From contig CM119371.1 of assembly GCA_051294905.1 (NCBI GenBank), positions 32,428,001 through 32,492,000 on the forward strand: a stretch of 64,000 bases of DNA, given 5' to 3'. Positions 13,466 through 24,742 of the stretch are shown in pieces. The position numbers and the translations under genes were made by a program. Under the pieces are notes generated by a model. The model searched no databases and was not told where the DNA came from. It saw only the letters and a list, made by a program, of their open reading frames with translations. Source of the DNA: Botryllus schlosseri. Its lineage: Eukaryota. How positions within the stretch are numbered: the stretch's first letter is position 1; the number at the start of each line of letters is the position of its first letter.

Positions 13466-14183
13466 AGCCGGGAATAGACGATCCGTGTGGAGTGCATGCG
13501 TTTAGTGGGATTAGTGAGATTGCGTCATCGCAAGGGTAGTAAACAATATGCGCTCAGCCGTGACTGTCAAGTATCGGTGATCATCACCTGCACAGTTGAG
13601 ATTGTTGGGGATATTCACAACTGTATATTGAGCTTGATATTATTGTCGCTGTGGTGTTTGAGCTTGAGGGTCCATTGGTTTAGAAGTATGCTCTGTTTTT
13701 AGAAAAGTGGTGAAAATCTCAAGCCTTAGGAATAAAAATGTTGAACTTTTAGGTTTTCTGGCTGCTTTTATGTCATCCCCATTGGATTCTGAATGTTAAT
13801 GTGTACAATGCCGAGCATGCAAAGACCCCGTATACTTTACATATCTTCAAGTCCAAATCCCAGAACAATATCACGCCAAATTGTGTTCCTGGCTACCTTG
13901 TTATAGTAGTCTGGATTGGTGTGATTGTACTGCTCTATACACAGGGGTAATTAGATTCTCATCTTCTATATTATTCATTTTGTGTTACAACTGAAAATAG
14001 CATGATTAATCACTGCAACTTCAGAAAGTGCGATGTCCCGATCACGCGTGCGAGTTCTCACACTTTTGCGCTTGCTGCTCCTTATTTTTTCCTCGTCCCT
14101 CTTCTCTCTCACACGCATCCGTTTGAGAAGAGAAATAACAAGATAAAGACACGGACGCGGTAACGGATCGTCTATTCCCGGCT
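13466..14183. mobile_element. PIF/Harbinger-type MITE
   Basis: Perfect 21-bp TIR AGCCGGGAATAGACGATCCGT with 3-bp TSD TAA on both sides. Confidence 0.85.
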
Positions 14184-15776
14184 TAACAACAAAGAACGTG
14201 CATTTGCTCATTCAATTCAGAAAGGAGACGGTGTTTCTCGGCGTGCTGCATGCGTGCCTCCAAATCAGGGGCGGCCAACCTTTTCAGGCAAAGGGCCACA
14301 TTTGATTGACGAACCATTGCGCCGGGCCACTAGTCGCTCCAAGCGCAAAAATATTTCAAAGTTCGTAGGTCAATAATATTGTCACTTGACTATATTGCAG
14401 GCCTTCATAGTTTCATAGTCGACGGTCTTTCTGCGAGCGCAAACGCAAGGTCGTATATGTTTAACGACACTTTCTATCGTAATCGCGAATAATAGTTACA
14501 CTCAATCTGATACTTTAGGTGTTCTTTCATTTTCACAAAGGGGTAAAAATATTAAAAGCAACATGACAGCATGTTGCGCGAAGCGTGTAGAAAATACTGA
14601 CTGGAGTCGGAGTCTGTGAGAATGACCCTGACTTCGACTCTGACTCCCAACTTCGCTATCATGAAAACATTTGCTTTCAAAGAGTTGTCAATAGAATTCT
14701 TATGTACAACCAATCACTGTTATTAATAACCATGAAGATCAGGTGTGGCCAGCCCGTGGCACGCAGGCCAAATTTGGCATACGAGAAGGTTAGGTGTGGC
14801 CTGCAGGGTCTCGAAATTATTTATGACATCAGGTACAATTGCATGGCCAACCAAAATTTGATTAGCATGAGCGCGAAATTTGATGATGACTAAAACAACA
14901 GTTCTGACGCATTGACGTATCCAGGGGCTAGCCACATTTATCCCAGATCTTCGTATATGACCATAAAGTAGAATATTTCATAGCAGATTTATTTGACTTG
15001 AAATTTTTCTCGGTACTTCACATCGCATGATTCATTGTCACTAGATTTCTTGCATTCAGTATTTGAGCCCCCTTCTGAAAATTATAAATAGGCTACATAT
15101 TATTCACAGAATTGAGTCTAACTATATTCGAAATTAGGAGATAACGTGTCGTCCAACATGTGGTTTCGCTTGTGCACTCGCAGCGAGATCGTCGACAAAA
15201 CATTTGCCCAAAATGATAAAGGCATGTTCACTGATACCGTCGATTTTGCTATGTCTAAACAACGAATATTCCTGTCCTTGCCAAATGAGCCTAGTGGTAT
15301 ACAGATGCGACCCCCACATATTTATTGATATAATTCAGTCAATATCTTGCAAAAAAAATTTCGCGCTTCATGCGACCATGCAAATTTCTGAAATAGGGTG
15401 CTGAAAAAAAAGTCCAGTACCACTGGCACTGACCTACTACGGTATGTTCTTGATGTGCAAGTTGAATGCTGCATTTTTTGCAGATGACTTTCTCAGGTGC
15501 AGCACCTAGTCCTTAACTTGTCTCAAAGTGTGCTGCTTCCATCCCGTAATGACTTCTGATGAAGGCCTAAAATGCCGTGTCTGAGATTGTGTCCTTCTAG
15601 TGCATTGATGCCTGGTAAAATGTAACAGCTAACACTCAGCAGGTATATATATCAACCATGCTGATGCATGCACTTAATGCATTTCTTTTCGTTCGTGAGG
15701 CTTGGGTCACGAGAAGTTGAAATACCGCTCAGATTTTGGTCACACACTGAGCATTTGTGGAACCATTGCGTTACGG

Positions 15777-17618
15777 CAGGGGTGGGCAATTATTTCTCTC
15801 TTCGGGGAAAATGAATAACAGAAAATACGTTGGCGGGCCGAGTCAAAGTGTTCAACTAAATTCTCCAGCGTATTAATTGTATTTCCGAATTAAAAGCAGT
15901 GAAGTACATTGTTATGCGTTGATATTTGATAATGAGAGAATGACAGTTAACAAAACCGATAATCTATATATATTTTCCGTCATAACTCGAAACAATATTA
16001 AACATGATACATTTTGTTTTCTCTTTAATCCGTGTCTTTGTAGTAAGACGTTTAAAAGTATTTGGGATTCTACAAAGCTTATTGTCTTGTTCGCTGCCTT
16101 CCGAACTGTTGCGACTTGGTGTAATGACATGAGGCGGTGCTTTTGGTCAAGGTTTCCTCGCCGTCGAGCATGTTGGCGGCACACTTCGCAGAGTCATATG
16201 TTCGCCGAAACGTCATGGTCAACGTCTTGGTGTGTCGTGACGCGGTAACGGCCGGCGGCGAAATGTTGATCTCTATGAATTGAGTGTTACTTGCAGAGAG
16301 AGGTATACCCATTTTAAAATCATAACAATTAGCCACGATAAGTCGCGCGAAGCATGAAGGAAATTGGAATAACGTTTTATAAATATCTGAAAAATGCTCT
16401 ATAATTTATGTTAATTTATGAAATAATTTTGGGCAGCCTTGGAGCTCGGGCCTACTCTGATTGGGGGTTTGGGGTGTGGCAGTTGCGGCCCTGTGTTTAG
16501 TGCTCCATGCCCAGGGGCGTAGACAGCGGGGGATAATCGGTGTCCAATATCCCCCTTTCCCAAGCTCAAACTCCTCCTCCTCTTGAATCCAAAATCTAGC
16601 TCTCTGTTTATCTTAGTATAATCACTTAATGCTCATTCGTGATTAGATGCCCAATCAGCGTCTTCACAGAACAATAAATGCGACGGTACCCTTTTTTCTC
16701 CTATTCCTCTCTCGTCTGTGACAGCGGGAGTAATTAGCGTATCACTATAGAAATAAAACATGGAACGTCAACGACCGATTTTGCAGCTTCGTTCCGCTTC
16801 GCCGAGGCTGGAGTGGAGAATTGTTTTGCGTTTCGCTTTGGTAATTAGGTCATGATACCTCGCTGTCTCTCTTTCTGCCGTTATCTTAGCTTATGGGTTG
16901 TGGTGTTGTATTTAAATCGTACAACGTGGTTATATATATATATACGGTATGCGAATGATGAAGTCACAAACACAAGGAAGATTATCTGACCATTGCAATA
17001 TCTGCATTTGTGTATACAATCAACCTCATGAATCGGTAAGAACTGGAACATCATTTTTTGAAGCATTCTCCTTTCTTAAAAAACACCCCCCATTTTTTGA
17101 AATATCCCCCGTTTTTTTTTTCTCGGCTGGCTACGCCCCTGTCCATGCCGTCTTCGAATTTCAGCTTTCGGCGTTCTTTTATGACATGCCCGTTCATTAT
17201 TTATGGATGATGATGTCTCGTAGTAGAAACGAGCATTGATAGACTTTACAAAACAGGTATTTCGAAACATTGGCCTATCACGAATCAATTTGCATTACAG
17301 ACAGGGCAACGCGTTATGTGACAATGGCAACAAAGAAGGTTTGAACTGAAATATATGCTAAGAGTGTCTTCTTGTGACTTAGATTGTTACAACATACTTT
17401 GCTACATTTTCTTTATTTTGAATCTGGATTATGCCTGTGAGCTTGCGAGGGACGTAAGCTGCGTAATCGCGGCATATTAGGCTTCAAAGTAAACCAATCT
17501 CCGTTCCAGTTCAGTTTATACAGCATATAGTTTTATTCCACGCAGCAATATTCAAAAGTAGGTTTTATGTTTTGACTTCCAAGCAACGGACCCGTGGGCC
17601 GCACTTTACCCAGGTCTG
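15777..17618. mobile_element. hAT MITE hosting a nested MITE
   Basis: CAGGGGTGGGCAA ... TTACCCAGGTCTG, TSD CGTTACGG/CATTACGG (7/8). Confidence 0.7.
16512..17141. mobile_element. hAT (Tip100-like) MITE
   Basis: CAGGGGCGTAG / CTACGCCCCTG with perfect TSD TCCATGCC. One end resembles the element at 10832-11226. Confidence 0.88.
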
Positions 17619-17969
17619 CATTACGGTGTAAGACTGTTCACATGCTGGTAGCCACAGTGAAAATTAAAGGGGAGGGGAAAGGAAACATTGTTCTATTAGA
17701 TGACATCACTGTATATTGCACTGTGAAGAACACATAAAATGACCATGTGTACTATTGACTGGGAGAGACCAAAGCCCGTTTTCTATATTTTCCCGTGACT
17801 TGGAGTTACTTTCCATTCTGAAGAAAATCACTTGAGTCACTTTTTGGATTGATTAGACTTCTACTCGAGTTATTGCGCATGACTAGAGACATTACATATG
17901 TCCTTATTTAATTCATCTCATATTTTAATAGACCGTGTCTGGTGTCTCAATTTTCTTCTAATGATCTAG

Positions 17970-19490
17970 CGATACAATCATAAATGTGATATATGTTGGA
18001 AAGCATTTACTCGAAAAGAGAATCTCAAGCTTCACAAGGATATGCATGCTGGTGTCAAAAACCAAAAGTGTGATGTATGTGGAAAGACATTCACTAAGAA
18101 GAATAACCTCAAGACTCATATGAATATACATTCTGGCCGCAAAAATCATAAATGCGATGTATGTGGGAAAGGATTTACTCGGAAGGATAGCGTGAAGCTT
18201 CATATGGAAATACATGCTGATAGAAAAATTCATGAATGTGATATATGTGGTAAAGCATTTACACAAAAATATGGCGTCAAGCTTCATATGAAGATACATA
18301 TTGGCGTCAAAAATCATAAATGTGATATATGTGGGAAAGCATTTACTGCTGAGGTTAATCTCGAGAGTCATAAGGATATGCACGCTGGTGTGAAAAAGCA
18401 AAGATGCGATGTATGTGGAAAGGCCTTCTTTACGAAGAATAACCTCAAGACGCATATGAATGTACATGCTGGCGTGAAAAATCATAAGTGCGGTATATGT
18501 GGAAAAGCATTTACTCGGAAAGGTAGCGTCGAGATTCATATGAAAATACATTCTGGCATCAAAGAACATGAATGTGATATATGTGGGAAATCATTTTCAC
18601 AGAAAGGTAGCGCCAAGATTCATATAAATAGACATCTTGGCATCAAAAACTATAATTGTGATATATGTGGCAAAGCATTTATTCATCAGAATCGTCTCGA
18701 GCGTCATATGGGTATGCATGCCGGTGTCAAAAACCATAAATGTGATATATGTGGGAAAGCGTTCAGACTGAATGGTGGACTCAAAAATCATATGGGTACT
18801 CATGCTGACGTCAAAGACCAAAAATGCGATATTTGTGGAAAAGCATTCAGTCTAAAGAGTAAAGTCAAGCTTCATATGGATATGCATTTTGATATGAAAA
18901 ACCATGAATGTGATATCTGTGGTAAAGCATTCAGTCTGAAGCGGAACCTCAAGATTCATGTGAATAGGCATTTTGCCATGAAAAATCACGAGTGTGATAT
19001 ATGTGGGAAAACATTCACTCATACGATCGAACTCAAGTGGCATATGGAGATCCATACTAGCATCAAAAATCGAAACTATGACTGTCCCATATGTGGTAGA
19101 GCATTTACTCGGAAGAGTTGCCTCAACGTTCACATGGATGTGCATGCTGGTATCAAAAAGCATAAATGTGATATATGTGGGAAGGAAGTTACTGGAAAAA
19201 GTAACCTCAAGCTACATTACGCTGCACATGTCGGAATCAAAAATCACAAATGTGAATTATGTGGGAAAGCATTCAGCTGGAAGCTCGACCTCGGCCGTCA
19301 TATGGATATGCATGCCGGCATCAAAGTTCATGGATGTGATATATGTGGGAAAGCATTTACTAAAAAGGATCACCTCAAGATTCATATGAATATGCATTTT
19401 GACATCAAAAACTATCAGTGTGGTATATGCGCGAAAGCATTTAGTAATCCGGGTAACCTTGTGCAGCATCTGAACATCCATGCAAAATAG
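17970..19490 (+). CDS. Tandem C2H2 zinc-finger protein, probable terminal exon (18 fingers)
   Basis: The 482-aa ORF has 17 CxxC-x12-HxxxH fingers. The frame extends upstream through one more finger (RYNHKCDICWKAFTRKENLKLHKDMH) to a pyrimidine tract plus AG at 17968-17969, a likely splice acceptor. Confidence 0.9.
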   Translation, partial: RYNHKCDICWKAFTRKENLKLHKDMHAGVKNQKCDVCGKTFTKKNNLKTHMNIHSGRKNHKCDVCGKGFTRKDSVKLHMEIHADRKIHECDICGKAFTQKYGVKLHMKIHIGVKNHKCDICGKAFTAEVNLESHKDMHAGVKKQRCDVCGKAFFTKNNLKTHMNVHAGVKNHKCGICGKAFTRKGSVEIHMKIHSGIKEHECDICGKSFSQKGSAKIHINRHLGIKNYNCDICGKAFIHQNRLERHMGMHAGVKNHKCDICGKAFRLNGGLKNHMGTHADVKDQKCDICGKAFSLKSKVKLHMDMHFDMKNHECDICGKAFSLKRNLKIHVNRHFAMKNHECDICGKTFTHTIELKWHMEIHTSIKNRNYDCPICGRAFTRKSCLNVHMDVHAGIKKHKCDICGKEVTGKSNLKLHYAAHVGIKNHKCELCGKAFSWKLDLGRHMDMHAGIKVHGCDICGKAFTKKDHLKIHMNMHFDIKNYQCGICAKAFSNPGNLVQHLNIHAK

Positions 19491-19938
19491 TAGACGTATA
19501 TACAATGGGAAGTCTACCCACCTTCAATGCTATTATTTCAAATCAAAAATATTGTATAATTAAATTTTTTTTCATCTCCAATAGCTTCGCTTCCAAAAGT
19601 GGAAGTCGAGCAAAATTTGATGTGCAGCGATATTTTCAGTCAACCACACAAGTAAAATTTGAATGAAAACTCCATTTTTGAACGACCCTAACATGCATGC
19701 TGTGGAAAAAACTATAGCCGGAATATTTGTCTGAAAGAATTAATTCATTTAAAATAATTTAACCGCCATATTACTATTCATTTTTCACAGCCACCAAAAA
19801 TTTTACTAATTTGCTCTTCAGAGTCCACCTAACATAAACGCATTTTCTTGCGTTATTTTTGAATTGTCACAGGTCTTCAAATTCCTATGATTGAATGCCC
19901 AGTGCTATTCCCATATACAGTTGCAGTAGACACTAGAC

Positions 19939-21056
19939 CAGGGGCGGGCAACTTCTCCAGTCGGGGGGCCGGATATAGGAAAATTAAGTGCTTGGCGGGC
20001 CGGATTGCTGGATCGATACATTATTCGCCAATTTAACCACATCTGCAAGGAATAAGTCGTATTTAACGAATGTACTTTAACGACAGCAATGTCGCTTCAA
20101 AGCCATTTCTCGTCGATAATGACGAAGACAATGTGGATTTGAGAATAGCATTGTCATACAGGCGCCACCATGTCTGCTTCTATCACATCAATCAACACAC
20201 GGCGCAATCCTTAATTAAGATTTCAAGGCGTTGGATAACCCTGGTACCCCTAATTTACCAAGATATCAATTCATTAGTGTTGAGTAGGTGACGAGATAGC
20301 ATCGTTGTTCAACAATCTCTATATTGAATTATTGCGGTCCGCGTCATCTACGAAATTTGAAAAGTGGCCCGCGACCGTTTTCGAGTTGGCGACCGCTGGT
20401 ATAAGAGGTGCCTTACAAGGGTTACCATACGTCCTCTTTTAAGAGGTATTGTCCTCTTTTTGAAAATGTCCTCGGATGACGTCCACATGTCCTATTTTTG
20501 GGATTTTGTCCTCTTTTTTGAGAATTTTAGTTGAATTTATTGCAAAATCGACTGAGATACAGTAATTTAGCACCGAAGTAACGCACCAGCGGCTATTTCG
20601 GGAGGTGAGCCGGACAGTTGACCCTTTTTTAGTCAACCAACTGATATTGTGAAAGAAAAAACTATTTTAGGCGCGGAGCGAGAAAGTTGACCTTTATTTA
20701 TTTTAGTCAATCAACCATGAAGTAGAAAAAATTTACCATTTTTCAGGATTTTCCTCCGGTTTTGCAAGTATGAAAATTTTGAAAAGTGCCCTTCAGATTT
20801 CCAAAATAGGGTAACCGTAACCCTACGTCTTACAAAAGCCTAGAACTGGGCCGTGCTACAAGTCGGCGGTTACGGAATGAAAAATAAGGCTTATCAGCAT
20901 GGTGTAAATGACCTTTGTAGTCGACAAACACCCTGATTACCACAAACGACATTAGGGCATTAGTAAGTAGTGAGAAATCTCGGCAGACTGGGGCCACGGG
21001 CCACACTATCATGTAAGATGGAAAACTCCCCGCGGGCCGGATCCGGCCCGCCCCTG
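19939..21056. mobile_element. hAT MITE with nested insertions
   Basis: CAGGGGCGGGC ... GCCCGCCCCTG, TSD CACTAGAC/TGCTAGAC. A Blackjack-like MITE lies inside at ~20418-20825. Confidence 0.7.
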
Positions 21057-21316
21057 TGCTAGACAGTAGACATGTAAACTGTAAGATGGTTTCTTACTGA
21101 ATAGCGGTACTCCATTTCAACTACTGCTAAGTAACCCTTTGGGAATATCACTAGAATGCTTCGCTTGTAAATGCTTCTTTATCAAATGATCTCTTCAAGG
21201 CATTGTTCTGTTTCTATTCAGGTCTTGTGAAAAGCAACTGCTGGTATAGCTGTTTGTGACAATATTCCGACTTGTCATTATGGTGTTCCTTATCATTAAA
21301 TGTAGTTGTTGCCGAC

Positions 21317-21581
21317 TGTTATGTATTGTTTACATCTATCATTTCATGTCATAATTTGGTCACCAGTGATCAACTTCGTCTATTTGGCTCAAGGTTATAT
21401 AAAGCGTCCGTCCTCCGTTTTTATTGACCATTTTCCTGTGACGTTTAATTAAGTTGTAATCTCATTCTAGCTCACCACGGGCTAGATCACCACGTGCTGA
21501 CAAGGTATCTCTTTTGGATCGTTTGTACATATTTCCTAATATACATTTTCATTTGGAGCATTTGACTGTTGCTGTATAACA
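21317..21581 (+). mobile_element. Possible solo LTR
   Basis: TGTTAT...ATAACA inverted ends and an internal TATATAAA. No clear TSD. Confidence 0.35.
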
Positions 21582-22008
21582 ACGTTTTGCGTCAGTGTAT
21601 ATCCGGTTAAGGTGTTTCCGCGCGTAAAAATCGGAAACAGCGGATTTGAAAGCCAGTCAGAAGCAGTAATATTAGTGGGAAACATGTTCAATGCCCATGT
21701 AAAATCCTACATAAACACTTGTATTGCATCATGTGCTACAGAATCTGAACCGAATGTGTTGTGCGTCGGTGGGTAAGAAAGGGTCATAGGACAGGGGCTC
21801 CTAAAGTATTCGTCGCGAGGGGACCAGAGCGGTGAGCGATATTTCAATATGTATGTGATATTTGTTGAAATTTTTGCAACAAAAAATTCTTCGCTCGATT
21901 TTTATAGATAGCTTGTACTTACATGTCCGAGGTCACTGTTTTGGGTACTATAGCCTAATACACGAAGAAAACTCGTTACTGCAATAATGGCTTGTCGACG
22001 TTTTAGTA

Positions 22009-23109
22009 CAGGGGTGGGCAAACTACGGCCCGCAAGAGTCAAAAGAAACTTCTTAAAAATATTGATAAAATGCGTACTAAAATCGAATTAATGCAGAGAC
22101 TTGAAAAACCTTTTTCTTGGTATATTTCCCCACGATAATCCAAAGGCAGTGGTTGTCAAACTGAAGGCGAGCCCCTATTGGCGGCGTGAAAGCATCTGAA
22201 GGGGGCGCGAAGCTGAGCTCAACTTTAATTTTCTTCGCGCTTCGCGCGATTTGCATACAGATCATGAGTATTAATCTGTAGTTAGTCAGAATTTCATATT
22301 TAAAAATCTCTCATCCGCAGTGGTTGCGTTTTGTGATATGACGATAAGAGGGGGGATGCGAAGTCTTTCACCATCATAAAGGGGCGTGTCTTAAAAAGTT
22401 TGAGAGCAACTGTTCTTAGGTAAATACCTGCTTTTTTACTTTTTATGTTCAATTTCTGGCGCGACAGCTCGATCTCAGGGCCCGAGCAGTTTGAAAGGTT
22501 TCAACTGCTAAAACATCACAGAAATCCCAAACGAGATTGACATAATTCGGATAACGGGTGTGATTTCAGTTTGGCCACTCAGTTTTAATTATTTCAGTGA
22601 TGTGCATGATATAAAAACGAATAGCGCGTGTCTTCGTTCTCTGTATGCGTAGAATTGGTGTATTTATATTTTATCTACACACAGTAGAAGCGTGTGTGAA
22701 GCTAACATTGTTATGATGCTGTCAGCATTGTGTGTCCTGGAACTGTACCAACAGTGGTATTAGTAAATACATGAACAGATTGCTGCTCAGTGCTCACAGA
22801 TTCAAATTTCAATCCTGTTTTAAGAATTGGGAGTTGGGACAACCGACTTTCATCTCTATAGTTTTAACAAATTGGTTATTGAGGTCGACCAGCGTATGAA
22901 ATCTCGCCACTGTTTCTGACGCGTGTACGGTATCATCAAAGCAATGTTTCGTTTTTCTAAATAAGCTTATATATTATCTCCATGTCATCACTATATAATC
23001 AAATAACAATATTGTGTTTTGGTGTATAATCCGAATTTTATGGGTGCGGCCCGCGAATGGATTCAGATGTTGAATGCGGCCCGCGAGCTCAAAAGTTTGC
23101 CCACCTCTG
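22009..23109 (-). mobile_element. Composite hAT MITE, copy 2
   Basis: Same family as 3152-4246 in reverse orientation, with perfect TSD TTTTAGTA. Confidence 0.92.
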
Positions 23110-24258
23110 TTTTAGTAACACACAAATTGCTTTGAATTCACGATAAGGCTCATCCAATATTGGTTTATCTGGAGAACAGTGTCGGGGACGGTTGGGATGC
23201 TTTAGTGTAGTGCTGTGCAACTTGCTGGCGTGGGACTATGAGACACTGGCATTTCGAGGCCAACCCCTTCCACGCCAGAAGAAATGAAGTTTGAGCCGAC
23301 GTACGTCTTGGTCAAGTGCGATGCCAAAACGATCGGCGTCGATAAAACCTTGACCACAAATGACCGCCCGTGGTTGGCCTTGAACACTGATAGGTCTGGT
23401 CATCGAAATGGTGGGCACCAAATAGTCCCGTCGTTGCAATCTGAGTAGAAAGTAGCACAAATGCGATCCGAAGAGGAAAGTAATGCACCCCAATTCGATA
23501 TCGTGTTCGTCAGAAATGTTTCTTAGCTGCGTTTCGTACAACTGTTGTCTGCGCGTTCTCTATGTTCTACATAGCACACTAATAATAACAATGCATTCCT
23601 TTTGGTGCACGAGGCTTGGGTCGCGAGATGCTACTAAAACTCAGATGCGGGTTGCGGTCTAAAAAGTTCAAGAACCTCTGTCATAGATCAGGATTTCTGT
23701 AAGTTTTTTTTTGTTCTAAATAATAGCAACCTTCCGCACACTCGACGAGTGGATTTTGACTATACTCGAGTGGTCGCGTAGTCTGTAATTATCGCCAAAG
23801 TCGAATGATTTAGGGGTGCATGAGCCTGCGAATTTCCTGCAAGCGGTCTGTGAATAGAAATACGTGCCATTATGTTGATGAATGTCAGTGATTATGGCTG
23901 TAACCATACAGGGCTCTGGAGTCGGAGTTTCGCTCATTTGACTTTGATAGAGTCGGAGTCTCTTTTAAGCATGACTTGGAGTCGGGTCGGAGTTTGTAAA
24001 ATGCTCTCGACTCCGTCCTCTTTAATATTTCTTCAATATGTAAAACAAGTGCTTTCAAAGTTCTCTTAAAATTGCTAATAATGAATAAAATAGGATTTGT
24101 GTGTATGTACCAACAATCATAGTTATTAGAAACTATTGATAAAACTGGACATTTATTGCAAATTGCAATTCAATTGGTTATAGAGGAAAAAGTTGCAACA
24201 AAATCTCGACCAACACAAAACTACTGATACAGTCACAAATTGGTTAAATTTTCGGAAT

Positions 24259-24701
24259 TGTAAATGTCTGTCCCGATTCCGTTGTGCGCGAAAGCGTAAA
24301 TAGGTCACTCTCGAAGCCACGAGCTGTGACGGCACAGTTAGTCTACGACGCACGTGTTCTCAGAGCCCGCATATGGAGGTCGGCGCGCTGGCGCGGCAGA
24401 CGTAAGATAGACAATTGGCTCCATTTCGCTTCATTTATTCTTTCTATTTCTTATTGAACCGCAGTATCATTGAACCTGGTAAATCTACAAGTTTCTGACC
24501 ACTAATTACTACTATTTGGCTGTTCTGTGCTAGTAAAGAAAGCTCCTTGGATCTGCGTGTGTGATCAGGATTGCAAGAGTACTCAGAGCGGTCATTAGTC
24601 AGTCAACTAGTGCGTGCAACGGGAACTGTAGCTGTAGCGTCGACTCCGATCAAGCATTATACCAGCGTGTCTTGCAACAAGTCGTTGCAGCGACCGCTAC
24701 A
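24259..24701 (+). repeat. 5' LTR
   Basis: TGTAAATG...CGCTACA, a direct repeat of 29153-29595. Candidate poly(A) signal AGTAAA at 24532-24537. Confidence 0.96.
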
Positions 24702-24742
24702 GTCAGAAACTTTACCAGCCATAAAGTTGAAAGTCGGAAAAG

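Noticed and set aside
17958..19505. Antisense and alternative-frame ORFs over the zinc-finger arrays (also 39601-42034 +)
   Set aside because: These are shadow ORFs produced by the 84-bp periodic finger repeats.
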